Below are positions 15,966-25,913 of a stretch of 32,000 nt of DNA, one piece after another. Numbering within the stretch: position 1 is the stretch's first letter; the number at the start of each line of letters is the position of its first letter. This DNA comes from Microcystis aeruginosa NIES-843. GTDB taxonomy: Bacteria > Cyanobacteriota > Cyanobacteriia > Cyanobacteriales > Microcystaceae. A program made the translations under genes and the position numbers. The DNA is taken from the NCBI RefSeq assembly GCF_000010625.1, contig NC_010296.1:2640001-2672000 (forward strand), read 5' to 3'. The notes beneath the pieces were generated by a model. That model ran no database searches, was not told the origin of the DNA, and saw only the letters and a program-made list of their open reading frames with translations.

Positions 15966-16183
15966 TTGCTTGTATCTTGCTTTAATTCTACTATTTCGCA
16001 GATGGGAAAAAATAGAGTTCCCCTTGTATCTCTAAATCTGGCTCGTTTTCCTACTTTTCGACAGTTTTCGTCTATTTCACAAGAATATACACAGTCATAA
16101 CCAACGCTCTCGAAAGCTAATCTAAATCCTCCAATACCAGCAAAAAGATCGATAAATCTGAGTTTTTCGTTTGTCATTGCCAA
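15923..16183 (-). pseudogene. C5-cytosine DNA methyltransferase remnant with an in-frame deletion of the catalytic PCQ motif and a 3' truncation
   Basis: [37 protein letters not shown]|[25 protein letters not shown] aligns with M.HhaI motifs I-II, then jumps to the GK.KGF.D.RGTLFF segment. About 38 residues including the PCQ catalytic motif are missing (junction ~16051). The ENV motif and everything after it are absent. Confidence 0.8.
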
Positions 16184-16356
16184 ATTATGACATCAAAGAT
16201 AGCCAAAGTGAATATATCCTAAATTTTAGCAAATGTTCCGACTTATGCAGCGATAAAAACTGTAGTCTAAATAATTAAGGTTAATATGTCCCCATATAAT
16301 CAATTTGGAGATACTAGATTAGGCATAATTGAGTAAAAATTCGCACAATTTCGGTT

Positions 16357-16689
16357 TCAGACTTCTGCGGCTTTTTCTTGCTCAATCTCGGTCTCCAATT
16401 CTTGACGTAATTCTTCTAGAGAAGTGGTGGCAGCTGTCTGAGATAATCTTTCTTGTGACCAATTTAAGGACTGAAAAAGTCGTTGAGCGTTAGCTGGAGA
16501 GCGCAAAAGATAAACTTCTTCTAATAAAGCGGATAATTCGTCAGCAGCAATCAAGGCCACATCATGATGACCCTGACGTTGGACAATAACGATCGAGTTT
16601 CCCAGTTCTACTTGTTCTAAAACCTGAAGAAAATGTTCCTGTGCTTGGGTATAGCTAGTATAGGTGGTGGGGATGGGCAGCATAGCCAT
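16357..16689 (-). CDS. Phd/YefM-family antitoxin, apparently orphan
   Basis: The N-terminal YTQAQEHFLQVLEQVELGNSIVIVQRQGHHDVALIAADELSALLE is Phd/YefM-like. No toxin ORF lies in the 170 bp downstream. Confidence 0.75.
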   Translation of the reverse strand: MAMLPIPTTYTSYTQAQEHFLQVLEQVELGNSIVIVQRQGHHDVALIAADELSALLEEVYLLRSPANAQRLFQSLNWSQERLSQTAATTSLEELRQELETEIEQEKAAEV

Positions 16690-16757
16690 TAATCAACTCC
16701 GCAGTCAAAAAATTAATCAATGGGTGCGTTAACAAAGCGTAACGCACCCCAAAGAAA

Positions 16758-19700
16758 TTACACCGAAGTTAAGGTTTTCTCCGCGCTAATTTGCGCTTCG
16801 GGACTATCCGCTTCCGAGGGAGGGACCACTTGCCAGAATTGACCGAGATAGCTATCCCAATTAGCTAAAATTAACTTACCTTTGGGGCTATTAGTGCGTT
16901 CTACATGGGCCTCAATTAAAGATTTTAACTGTTCCGCACCAGCAGCCGTGCCAACCCGTTGAATCTTGACAATTTCGGGGTTGAGTTTCTCCGGTAGGGA
17001 CGGATCAAGGATATAAGCTAATCCTCCCGTCATCCCGGCGCCGACGTTGCGACCGACGGAACCAAGCACGACAATTACCCCCCCGGTCATATATTCACAG
17101 AGGTGGTCCCCGGCCCCTTCGATAACTGCTTTCGCAGTGGAATTGCGGACAGCAAAACGTTCACCAGCGCGACCATTAGCGTATAACACCCCACCGGTGG
17201 CCCCGTAGAGACAGGTATTACCGATGATAGCGTTATCTTCGGGCTGATAATTGGCGTTTTGGGGCGGTAAGATGACGATTTCGCCGCCGTAGATGCCTTT
17301 ACCCACATAATCGTTAGCTTCTCCCTCTAAATGGAGATTGACACCGGGTAAATTAAATGCTCCGAAACTTTGACCGGCCGCACCCTGGAAATTGAGCTTA
17401 ATTTCGCCTTCAAAGCCGTCATTACCGTATTTTTGGGCAATTACCCCCGCAATTCTCGCCCCCACGGAGCGATCGGTATTGACAATCCTGTAGGTTTTGC
17501 TGACGGTTCCCTGTTGCTCGATCGCCTGTTTAATCTCGCTATCTGCTAGAATCTCGTCATCGAGGACAGCACCGTTACTATGTACTTCCTCGTGCTGCAA
17601 CCAAGAGCGATCGCTACGGCCATCGGGTAAATTCAACAAACAATCAAGATTGAGGGATTCTGTCTTAGTTAAACGAGCATCGGAGCGCACTTTTAACAGA
17701 TCTGCCCGGCCAATCACCTCATTTAAACTGTGATAGCCTAATTTCGCTAATAATTGCCGCGTTTCCTCGGCCACCAAAGTAAAGAAATTGACCACATGAG
17801 CGGGAATTCCTGGAAAACGAGTGCGGAGACGTTCCTGCTGGGTAGCGACTCCCACAGGGCAATTATTCGTGTGACAGACGCGGGCCATGATGCACCCCTC
17901 GGCAATCATGGAAATGGAACCAAAACCGAATTCCTCCGCACCCATCAGAGCAGCCATGAGGATATCCCAACCGGTTTTTAGTCCTCCATCTGCGCGCAAA
18001 ATCACCCGATGACGCAGTTGATTTTCCATTAACATCCGATGCACTTCCGTTACTCCCAATTCCCAGGGACTACCTGCGTGTTTGATCGAACTTAGGGGTG
18101 ATGCACCTGTACCACCATCGTGGCCAGAAATCTGGATAATATCAGCGTTAGCTTTGGCAACTCCGGCCGCAATTGTGCCGATACCGATCTCGGCCACTAA
18201 TTTGACGGAAACTTTGGCCCGGGGGTTAATTTGGTGTAAATCGTAGATTAATTGCGCTAAATCTTCGATCGAGTAGATATCGTGGTGAGGAGGGGGAGAA
18301 ATCAAAGTTACTCCCGGTTTTGATCGCCGTAACATGGCAATATAGGAACTGACTTTTTTCCCGGGTAATTGACCTCCTTCTCCCGGTTTTGCTCCCTGGG
18401 CCATTTTAATCTCTAGCTGTTTTCCACTCATTAAGTATTCGGGAGTGACTCCAAAACGACCCGAAGCTATCTGTTTAATGGCAGAATTAGCCGTATCACC
18501 GTTTTTTAAGCCGTTTAGATGGGGCATAGTCACGGAATGTCCTTCTGCATCCACATCGCTTAAGCTGGTGTAACGGATCGGATCTTCTCCCCCTTCTCCG
18601 GAATTGGACTTACCTCCGATGCGATTCATGGCGATCGCTAGGGTTTCGTGTGCTTCCCGGCCCAAGGCACCGAGGGACATTCCCCCTGTGCAGAAGCGTT
18701 GCAGGATACTTTCGATCGATTCTACTGCTTCGATGGCAATTGAGGCTCGATCGCTGTTAAATTCTAATAAATCGCGCAATGCAGTAACGGGTCTTTGCTG
18801 CAAGATTTGGCGATAGGTTTCGTAATGGTCATATCCTTCCCCTTGGGAGTGAGCGGCCACGGCTTTATGGAGTGCTTTCGCCATTTCTGGGGAATTCATG
18901 TGGTATTCTCCCCCCGGACGGTAGTTGACAAAACCGTAGTTTTCTAGTTTTTTAGCGGTAAGATTGGGAAAAGCTTTGCTGTGGAATGCGATCGCTTCTT
19001 GGGCCACTTCAGCAATGCTTAAACCCCCGACGCGACTGGTAGTACCGTTAAAAGCTAGTTTAACTAAATCTGCCGACAGACCGATCGCCTCGAAAATTTG
19101 CGCCCCATGGTAGGAAGATAGGAGAGAAATACCCATTTTCGAGAGGATTTTCAGTAATCCTGCTTCTACGGATTTGCGGTAATTAATTAGGGCTTTTTCG
19201 AGGCTAATAGCTTCTAATTTGCCATTTTCCATCAATTTCTGAGTTTTTGGCTCGATCCACCACTGGGCGATCGTTTCTAGGGCCAGATAGGGACAGACTG
19301 CGGAAGCGCCATAACCAATTAGACAAGCGAAGTGATGGGTACTCCAACATTGGGCCGTGTCGATAACGATCGAAGCTTTTAAACGCAAGTGTGAGCGAAT
19401 CAGGTGATGATGGACGGCACCAACAGCTAATAAGGGGGGAATATAGCTAGTTTTTTCGTCAATAGGAGCAGTCCTGTCACTGAGAATTAAAATTTCCGCT
19501 CCCGATGCTACTTTCTTGGCGGCCTCAGCGCACAAATGAGCGATCGCGGTTTCTAATCCCCCCGGTCCGGTGGTCAGATCATAAAGGGTAGAAAGTTCGG
19601 CTGTTCTGTAGCTAGAGGTTTTAACTTTGGCTAATTCCGCATTATTGAGCAGGGGAGAGTCTAATTTCAGTAAATGTGCGTCATCAACCCCTAATTTAAG

Positions 19701-21362
19701 TATATTGCCCCGTCGTCCCAGATACATAGTCAAGGACATGACTAAACTTTCCCGTAAGGGATCGATGGGGGGGTTAGTAACTTGGGCAAAACGTTGTTTA
19801 AAGTAATCGTAGAGAAGATGGGGTTTACTGGAGAGGACCGCTAGGGGAGTGTCATCACCCATACAGAAAGTCGGTTCTTTTCCCTGTTCTGCCATGGGAA
19901 CGATAATCATATCCACATCTTCGGCAGTATAACCGAAAGCGGTTTGCCGGGGAAGGAGATGACTAGGAGCGGGAATGTCTATCGCTGTTTCTTTGTCAAT
20001 CAAGGTGCGTTGGGATTTAACCCATGCACCGTAGGGATTAGCTCGGGCAATTTCCTGTTTAATCGGCCAATTACGCTTAATTTCGCCTTTTTCTAGGTCA
20101 ACTGCGATCATTTGACCGGGGCCGAGACGACCTTTTTCGATAATGGTGGTTTCATCGAGGGGAATAGTTCCCGCTTCCGAGGAAACGACGATATAACCGT
20201 TGTTAGTAATGCTATAACGGGCCGGTCGCAAACCGTTGCGGTCCAAACAAGCGCCGACGATTCCCCCGTCACTGAAGACCAGTAAAGCCGGACCGTCCCA
20301 GGGTTCCTGTAAACCGCTATAGTATTCGTAGAAGTCGATAATTTCGGGATAATCCTGTAAATCCGGCTGATTATTGTAGGCCTCCGGCACTAGGATCATA
20401 GCTGCTTCTAGGGGACTGCGACCGGTTCTCACCAATAATTCTAGGGCGCTATCGAGGTTATAGGAGTCGCTGTTAGCGGGGTTAACAATGGGAGTCAGGG
20501 ATTGTAATTCTTCGTGGGTCCAACCTTCCGTTTCTAAAGCGGGTTCCCGGGCCGACATCCAGTTAATATTGCCCAAAAGGGTGTTAATTTCGCCGTTATG
20601 ACCCAATAAGCGCATCGGTTGAGCGAGGGGCCATTTTGGTTGGGTATTGGTGCTAAAACGTCGGTGATAAATAGCGAATTGACTGCTATAGGCGGTATTT
20701 TGCAGGTCTAGATAGAATTCTCGCAGGATTTCGCCCCGTACCATGCCTTTATAGACAATGGTGCGACAGGAAAAGGAACAGAAATAGAAATCATCGGCCA
20801 GTTGCTTACCCACTTCAGAACGGGCAATATAGAGTAGGCGATCGAATTGAGAACCGGCTAAATCGGGGGAAGTAACCAGAATTTGCTCGACGTAGGGTTG
20901 ATTTTCCCTTGCTTGTCTTCCGAGGACTTCGGGACGGACGGGAACAGTGCGCCAACCTAAAATCTTAATATTATATTTATTGACAATTTCCTCGATATGT
21001 GATTTAGCCTCGGCTCGTTCTTGGGCCGCTTGGGGAAGAAAGACCATACCCACCCCTAGGCGCTCAGATTCCGGCATATTTAAGCCATTTTCGGCGAACC
21101 AAGGAGCGAGGACATCTCTGGGGATAGCGGTCATCATACCGGACCCGTCCCCGGAATCCTGATCGGCGCTGCAGCCTCCCCGGTGTTCCAAACAACCTAA
21201 GGCTAAAAGGGCCTGTTCGATCAGTTGATGGCTGCCGGAACCGCGCACATCGGCAATAAAACCGACTCCGCAAGCGTCCCGTTCCTCTACGAGCCATCGG
21301 GGACCCCAATAGGTATCGATTTGGTGGATATTGTCGGTTTTTGGTTTATTTTGTTGCGCCAT
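16758..21362 (-). CDS. glsF: ferredoxin-dependent glutamate synthase (Fd-GOGAT), 1534 aa
   Basis: The N-terminal amidotransferase cysteine is present ([12 protein letters not shown]). The FMN/Fe-S central domain and the C-terminal GXGXG beta-helix region (GQSFGAF...[11 protein letters not shown]) are recognisable, and the length is typical. Confidence 0.97.
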   Translation of the reverse strand: MAQQNKPKTDNIHQIDTYWGPRWLVEERDACGVGFIADVRGSGSHQLIEQALLALGCLEHRGGCSADQDSGDGSGMMTAIPRDVLAPWFAENGLNMPESERLGVGMVFLPQAAQERAEAKSHIEEIVNKYNIKILGWRTVPVRPEVLGRQARENQPYVEQILVTSPDLAGSQFDRLLYIARSEVGKQLADDFYFCSFSCRTIVYKGMVRGEILREFYLDLQNTAYSSQFAIYHRRFSTNTQPKWPLAQPMRLLGHNGEINTLLGNINWMSAREPALETEGWTHEELQSLTPIVNPANSDSYNLDSALELLVRTGRSPLEAAMILVPEAYNNQPDLQDYPEIIDFYEYYSGLQEPWDGPALLVFSDGGIVGACLDRNGLRPARYSITNNGYIVVSSEAGTIPLDETTIIEKGRLGPGQMIAVDLEKGEIKRNWPIKQEIARANPYGAWVKSQRTLIDKETAIDIPAPSHLLPRQTAFGYTAEDVDMIIVPMAEQGKEPTFCMGDDTPLAVLSSKPHLLYDYFKQRFAQVTNPPIDPLRESLVMSLTMYLGRRGNILKLGVDDAHLLKLDSPLLNNAELAKVKTSSYRTAELSTLYDLTTGPGGLETAIAHLCAEAAKKVASGAEILILSDRTAPIDEKTSYIPPLLAVGAVHHHLIRSHLRLKASIVIDTAQCWSTHHFACLIGYGASAVCPYLALETIAQWWIEPKTQKLMENGKLEAISLEKALINYRKSVEAGLLKILSKMGISLLSSYHGAQIFEAIGLSADLVKLAFNGTTSRVGGLSIAEVAQEAIAFHSKAFPNLTAKKLENYGFVNYRPGGEYHMNSPEMAKALHKAVAAHSQGEGYDHYETYRQILQQRPVTALRDLLEFNSDRASIAIEAVESIESILQRFCTGGMSLGALGREAHETLAIAMNRIGGKSNSGEGGEDPIRYTSLSDVDAEGHSVTMPHLNGLKNGDTANSAIKQIASGRFGVTPEYLMSGKQLEIKMAQGAKPGEGGQLPGKKVSSYIAMLRRSKPGVTLISPPPHHDIYSIEDLAQLIYDLHQINPRAKVSVKLVAEIGIGTIAAGVAKANADIIQISGHDGGTGASPLSSIKHAGSPWELGVTEVHRMLMENQLRHRVILRADGGLKTGWDILMAALMGAEEFGFGSISMIAEGCIMARVCHTNNCPVGVATQQERLRTRFPGIPAHVVNFFTLVAEETRQLLAKLGYHSLNEVIGRADLLKVRSDARLTKTESLNLDCLLNLPDGRSDRSWLQHEEVHSNGAVLDDEILADSEIKQAIEQQGTVSKTYRIVNTDRSVGARIAGVIAQKYGNDGFEGEIKLNFQGAAGQSFGAFNLPGVNLHLEGEANDYVGKGIYGGEIVILPPQNANYQPEDNAIIGNTCLYGATGGVLYANGRAGERFAVRNSTAKAVIEGAGDHLCEYMTGGVIVVLGSVGRNVGAGMTGGLAYILDPSLPEKLNPEIVKIQRVGTAAGAEQLKSLIEAHVERTNSPKGKLILANWDSYLGQFWQVVPPSEADSPEAQISAEKTLTSV

Positions 21363-21582
21363 AGAAGTTATCCTTAGGGTCGTTGTCTAGAAGGGTGGGA
21401 TAGTTGGTCTGCTGATAAGGGTCAATCTAGAATAGAAATTTTTTTGATCTTGCCGTTTCGATTGTCGCTGATTTTTCCTAATTTTTGCCTGTTGCCATCT
21501 TTATCTTGGCCAGTCTGAGGAATCACAGGTGGTCTACCATGATATAGTAGCTCTCAGGAATTGTCATCGAAAATCTGCTAGG

Positions 21583-21604
21583 CAGGATGGGGTGAAACAT
21601 CCTG
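21583..21604 (-). terminator. 7-bp stem hairpin (caggatg-gggtgaaa-catcctg) 65 nt downstream of the SucD-like gene
   Basis: The inverted repeat is read directly. On the minus strand it is followed by a short T-containing stretch (...gattttc). Weak. Confidence 0.3.
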
Positions 21605-21668
21605 TTAGGTGCTTATTTTGGCAGAATATTGTCAGATTATAAATATTATCGAGGCAATGGGGTCAAAT

Positions 21669-22556
21669 TCAGCACAAGACTTTAGCTAAAGAGGCGGGTA
21701 AATCGGCCAATTTTTCCACCACTGTCACCCCAGCTTCTTGAAAATGACGTAGGCTATCTTTTCTGGTATTCTTAGCGGCAACAGAGTAGGAAAGTTGGTT
21801 AGAAATAATTGTTTCTGTATCGCCGAAATTGGTTTCAATCCCTGCATTTAACCCCACAAGATAGGCAATCACTGGTTTTTCGATCGCCGAGGCAATATAT
21901 TTGGCTGCCTCGATTTCGGCCTTTCCCCCCACCTGACTGACGAGGAGAATTGCCTCGGTATTGTCATCTTCCTCAAAAACCTGCAACCATTGGGACAAAT
22001 TGGAGCCAATAATGCCGTCAGTACCCAAATTTACCGCCATAGATTCACCATACCCCGCTGCTGTTAAAGTTTTCGCCACTTCATCCCCTATGCGATCGCC
22101 GCGGGTGATCAGACCGATTGTCCCCGATTGATAAAAATTCGGTTCACAAATACCCAACCAAAGATAATTGGGAATAATTACACCCTGGCTGCCAGGTCCG
22201 AGAATTAATGTCCCGGTGGTACTAGCTATCTTTAATAATTCCACCAGATCCAAGGGGGGAACTCCGGGGGTGACGATAATTAATTGGGGGATGGCTGCTG
22301 CGATCGCTTCTAAGGCCGCATCTAGGACTTGATTGGGGGGGACTAAAATTAAACTGGTCTTGATTTCTCCCGCTTCAGCAACGGCCTCGGCCACTAGATC
22401 AAACACTGGTATCTCTGCGATTATCTCACCACCGCAGCCACTAGCCACCCCCGCTACTAAACAGGTTCCCTGAGCTTTCAATCGTGCCGCATAATATTTG
22501 CCTAGGGGTCGATCGATCCCTTGCATAATTATCTGATCTTTATCTGTCCATTTCAT
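21669..22556 (-). CDS. succinyl-CoA ligase alpha-subunit-like (CoA-binding/ligase-CoA fold) protein lacking the phosphohistidine
   Basis: It is colinear with SucD (..LVAGV.SGCGG...IPVF..V.EAV......S.I.VP...V.DA..EAI.A.I.L...T.G.P..D..). However, the SucD active-site segment GKRMGHAGAII corresponds here to ETNFGDTETII. Confidence 0.7.
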   Translation of the reverse strand: MKWTDKDQIIMQGIDRPLGKYYAARLKAQGTCLVAGVASGCGGEIIAEIPVFDLVAEAVAEAGEIKTSLILVPPNQVLDAALEAIAAAIPQLIIVTPGVPPLDLVELLKIASTTGTLILGPGSQGVIIPNYLWLGICEPNFYQSGTIGLITRGDRIGDEVAKTLTAAGYGESMAVNLGTDGIIGSNLSQWLQVFEEDDNTEAILLVSQVGGKAEIEAAKYIASAIEKPVIAYLVGLNAGIETNFGDTETIISNQLSYSVAAKNTRKDSLRHFQEAGVTVVEKLADLPASLAKVLC

Positions 22557-22579
22557 ATATTAAGTGTTGGGAGTTGTTT

Positions 22580-22680
22580 CAGTAAACAGTAAACAGTAAT
22601 CAGTAAACAGTAAACAGTAATCAGTGAGACACTGTTGATGGGAGTTTTTTTCAGTGGTCAGTAAACAGTAAACAGTAATC
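22580..22680. repeat. heptamer (CAGTAAA/CAGTAAT) STRR-type tandem arrays
   Basis: There are two blocks, at 22580-22628 and 22652-22680. The complementary heptamers CTGATTA/CTGATGA lie at 22835-22860. Confidence 0.85.
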
Positions 22681-22865
22681 AGGTTCTGAAGGCAAGAGTC
22701 ACTCATGCAAGAGGCAAAAGAAAGAATCTGGCAATTCTCTCACCTAAAAAGAAGGTTAGAAACTAGGCACATCAAAGCTTTTAGCTTAACCAATTAGGTT
22801 TTAGATTCGGTCCTTGTGAACTGAAAACTCACATCTGATTACTGATGACTGATGACTGATATACT

Positions 22866-23160
22866 TTAGTCGTTCATAATCTGAGATTTATTAAACTTCT
22901 GAAATCCTAGAGTGAGCAAGGAATCCAGTTCTTTTTTATGTTTCAGATGGGCATCATTCAGACATTCATAAATAGCTGAAGAAAAGTCGGAAAAGTTTTC
23001 ATAATATTTACCATATAAACATTTATTTTTGACCAATTTACCCAGGCTTTCAATTAAATTTAGATTAGGCAATAAGACGGCAGATAGAGTAACTATATTG
23101 ACAAAGAAAGAGCCAATTCATCAACAATTTTACATTTTTGATAGCGGGCATTATCTAATA
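22866..23160 (-). pseudogene. IS630-family transposase 3' fragment (5'-truncated, in-frame stop plus frameshift)
   Basis: Minus-strand reading gives LDNARYQKCKIVDELALSLSI*LLYLPSY, then after a shift PNLNLIESLGKLVKNKCLYGKYYENFSDF...DSLLTLGFQKF. This matches the IS630 C-terminal consensus (LDNA..H, YLPPYSPNLNPIE). Confidence 0.75.
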
Positions 23161-23577
23161 CTAGAGTGATTTGAGGAAAAAATGCAAGTTATAGCCGTGC
23201 AAAGTATAGCTCAAGAGAGCATAGGCTACGATCGCAATCACAATATTAACATCAAATATGTTTGCTCCACCAGATGAAGCAGGACTAATGAATAAGGTGG
23301 AAAATGGCGCAATGAAAGGTGCAGATAGATGATTAATCAACTGAGCAAATTGATTTTGTGGGTTCGCACCAAACAAACGCAGCAAGAACCTCATTACCAG
23401 TAGTATTTGCCCTATTCCTGCCAGCCCGAAAATGCTATTAATTATCCAATTTAAGGTATTACTTCGTCTGGCAGATCGCAGGCGTTTCTCTTCTTGATCA
23501 AGTCGAAAAGCCTCTTCATCATGTAGCAGTTCTTGTCGCCGCTCAAGATTGGTTTCATCATCCCGATCGTGATTCAT
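23161..23577 (-). CDS. membrane protein, YggT-like (weak call), 138 aa
   Basis: A charged N-terminus precedes two hydrophobic segments. The RFLLRLFGANPQNQFAQLINHLSAPFIAPF pattern resembles the YggT family. The 3' end abuts the IS630 fragment. Confidence 0.4.
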   Translation of the reverse strand: MNHDRDDETNLERRQELLHDEEAFRLDQEEKRLRSARRSNTLNWIINSIFGLAGIGQILLVMRFLLRLFGANPQNQFAQLINHLSAPFIAPFSTLFISPASSGGANIFDVNIVIAIVAYALLSYTLHGYNLHFFLKSL

Positions 23578-23666
23578 TCTTAGACCTCAGAGTCAATATT
23601 TTTCTGATTTAAATAAATTCTCCAATCAGTGGCGGGTACAAGCCACCACTGATTGTTCCCTCCGAC

Positions 23667-24530
23667 CTACTCCCTTTCAACTTCTGCCTCCTTTTTAGGA
23701 TTGCTATCCTTTAACTCTATTGATCGAGAGAAAACGGGCTTGCGAGTTTTCAAGTTAAAGCGGAATCCTTGAGGTAAGATGTGCAACCTGACTCCACACA
23801 CTGCCATCGCTTCATCTTTGAGCAGTTCGTCTAAATTATCATAAGTTGCTTCTGATTCATCGACAATTGTTACAGCCCCACGCCCCACCACTTTAAATTC
23901 GTCACCGTCCACAATTACTGCTGTATCTTCGTCAATGCCAAAGCCTAAGTTAGCTGGCTGCTGTAAGAGAGCGGAAATCAGGCGACCTAGCCGTCCGCGC
24001 TGGGCAAAATGCTGATCGATCACCACTGAGTGCAGAAATCCCATTCCCGGACCCATCTCTATCGCGTCCATGCGTGGGTTGGTTTCCGAGTCTCCTTCAA
24101 TAATCATCAGATCGGGCATGATGGCAGCACCGGCACTTGTCCCACCTACCACCATTCCCTCCCGATTGCGTTGGTGAAGTAAGGCATCTAGCTGAGTTCC
24201 CTTGATGTGTTCAATGATTAGGGCTTGATCTCCCCCGGTAAAAAACGCTCCTGTGGCTTCCTCAATGATTTTCAGGTTTTCTGGATCGTCGGCATCTTCC
24301 CTGTGAATGGTATCGAGGACACGCACATCCTCGACACCGAGTCGCTCAAACACTCGGGTATAGGTTTCTCCAGCCGAACGAGGCTCACTTGTTGCCGCCG
24401 TTAACACGGCAATTTTAGCTTTAGTCCCGCCAGCACAGCGAACAAACTCTCGCAAGATTTGACAATCTCCTTCTTTGTCTTCTGCTCCACCAATGATGAT
24501 TAATTGCCCGCGCTCTTTTGTGGATTCCAT
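23667..24530 (-). CDS. cphB: cyanophycinase (peptidase S51)
   Basis: LIIIGGAEDK, FFTGGDQ, GGTSAGAA (catalytic Ser) and VIDQHF...GFGIDEDTA are colinear with Synechocystis CphB. ATG 24530 has AAGGAG 8 nt upstream; the listed ORF starts 30 nt further upstream. Confidence 0.9.
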   Translation of the reverse strand: MESTKERGQLIIIGGAEDKEGDCQILREFVRCAGGTKAKIAVLTAATSEPRSAGETYTRVFERLGVEDVRVLDTIHREDADDPENLKIIEEATGAFFTGGDQALIIEHIKGTQLDALLHQRNREGMVVGGTSAGAAIMPDLMIIEGDSETNPRMDAIEMGPGMGFLHSVVIDQHFAQRGRLGRLISALLQQPANLGFGIDEDTAVIVDGDEFKVVGRGAVTIVDESEATYDNLDELLKDEAMAVCGVRLHILPQGFRFNLKTRKPVFSRSIELKDSNPKKEAEVERE

Positions 24531-25098
24531 ACAAAAACTCCTTGAATAACTAAACAGCACAACAACATAAGGGACTTGCGCTTTGATAATGTACCATTTA
24601 TGGCTGGTCTGATTCTTCTACAGAGCGAGTGTCTGGCTGGGATATTATTCCTACGCAGGTCCCTAAAATTAAATTATAATCGTTCACACCTCCCCTACCC
24701 AATACCGTTCGGTTGAGCAAACCAGCCCCCACCCCCCTCAGTCCCCACCCCTCTCTTATCTCCCCTTTCAGGGGAGACGATAGAATTACCCCTTAAGGGG
24801 GATTTAGGGGGTGGGATTGACATCCTCACCGCCCTAAAAGGGACGGTGATTCCTAGACCTCACGATCTAGGTTTCTGCTTCTTAGCAGTTGCCTTCACAG
24901 ACTTGCTCTGTTCGGGTCTGACACTCGCGACCCAGACTGATACCGCAAGCCCTGCGGCCAAAATGTTTTTACTGGCGTTAACATCCCTTTCATGGCAAGT
25001 TCCACATTCAGGACACTCCCATTCTCGGACACTTAACGGCATTTTCTCAACGATATGCCCACAATTATTGCACCGTTTTGAACTAGGAAACCATCTAT

Positions 25099-25188
25099 AG
25101 CGTTTCTCGCATCTGTGCGGCACAGTTAAACCTTTGCTGATTAAGCTGTTCAGGCTCGGGAATGTACCTTTTGTGAATCAGAAATGCT
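25099..25188. mobile_element. ~90-bp insertion (MITE-like, TIR AGCGTTTCT / AGAAATGCT) in the tnpB remnant
   Basis: It interrupts the sequence that is continuous in the full copy (ccatctat|ctatttcg). It also supplies the artificial start of listed ORF 24860-25123. Confidence 0.5.
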
Positions 25189-25300
25189 ATATCTATTTCC
25201 CGATAGTTTCTCCCATACCAACGGCATTTATAGGCTCATTGTCGAGTGATTTCTCCCCAACTAACATCTGATATAGCTTGAGCTAGTTTCGGGTTTTTTA

Positions 25301-25523
25301 CAGGGTGAGAGCATCTCAAACGCTATTGACAATTGGCCAATTTTGTCATCCGCGTGGGCATTTCAAGTGATACCAGTCAATCAGAATAGTTACGAAATCG
25401 ACCCAAATGGGTCGATTTTTGCTTAACAATTGAGATGGCAAATTCTCCTCAAATATGCCTGAATCGTGGGCAAGCAACTCACATAAAGTTCATTTTGTCA
25501 AGGATTGTTAAGATGCGCTTACC
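25301..25523. mobile_element. 223-bp MITE (imperfect ~29-bp TIR GGTGAGAGCATCTCAAACGCTATTGACAA / TTGTCAAGGATTGTTAAGATGCGCTTACC) in the tnpB remnant
   Basis: It is flanked by a 13-bp direct repeat ttcgggtttttta (25288-25300 and 25524-25536) that occurs once in the intact tnpB copy. The GAGCATCTCA core is shared with the MITE at 29630-29750. Confidence 0.65.
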
Positions 25524-25713
25524 TTCGGGTTTTTTACCAGGTCTTTTACCGCTAAATTTTCAACTACAATCGTTTAGTTTTCACGAACTAATTGAGTGGT
25601 TAGCTTATGTAAATGGTCTTTTCTGCTATCGGTGATTCGAGCCTGAATCTTAGCTACTTTGATTCTTGCTTTTTCCCGATTTTTTGACCCTTTCTGTGTT
25701 CGAGAATCAACAA

Positions 25714-25863
25714 TTACCGTCGCCTCATAAACAAGTTGTAGACAACGCCAATCAGCACCAAAACCAAAAGCAGGTGGATTAAGCTGCCGCCAATGTTAAT
25801 GGAGAATCCTAACAACCAGAGGATGAAAAGTATAACAACGGCAGTCCAAACGAGATCAAACAT
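25714..25863 (-). CDS. lmo0937-family small membrane protein (49 aa), absent from the supplied ORF track
   Basis: MFDLVWTAVVILFILWLLGFSINIGGSLIHLLLVLVLIGVVYNLFMRRR*. AGGAGG lies 5 nt upstream of the ATG. It has two TM helices and an RRR tail as in the lmo0937/DUF5670-type family, and sits next to csbD genes. Confidence 0.65.
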   Translation of the reverse strand: MFDLVWTAVVILFILWLLGFSINIGGSLIHLLLVLVLIGVVYNLFMRRR

Positions 25864-25913
25864 ATTTCCCTCCTTGATTTAGAGAAAAGTAATGAAAATT
25901 CAGTCATCGATCC

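Larger units (their letters stand above)
24818..25700 (-). pseudogene. tnpB: IS605-family tnpB remnant (5'-truncated, carrying two MITE insertions) with its right end
   Basis: 24860-25098 encodes ...[52 protein letters not shown].... 25191-25300 and 25537-25700 align with 28490-28790 of the full copy. The RE-like ggaatcaccgtcccttttagggcggtgaggatgtcaa is at 24818-24856 (reverse complement). Confidence 0.85.

Noticed and set aside
17087-21309. Six short ORFs on both strands inside glsF
   Set aside because: They are shadow frames of a 1534-aa, highly conserved gene.
21363-21668. Search for an NtcA box (GTA-N8-TAC) upstream of glsF
   Set aside because: No GTA-N8-TAC match was found by eye in this interval. 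The only nearby GTA and TAC triplets have the wrong spacing or order, so no regulatory site is claimed.
24846-25100. ORF 24846-25100(+) and its homolog 28727-29020(-), antisense to the tnpB zinc-finger/RuvC-III region
   Set aside because: Their mutual similarity is explained by the two tnpB copies. No independent coding evidence exists.
25435-25635. 66-aa ORF on the plus strand
   Set aside because: It lies partly inside the 223-bp MITE and partly antisense to the tnpB remnant.
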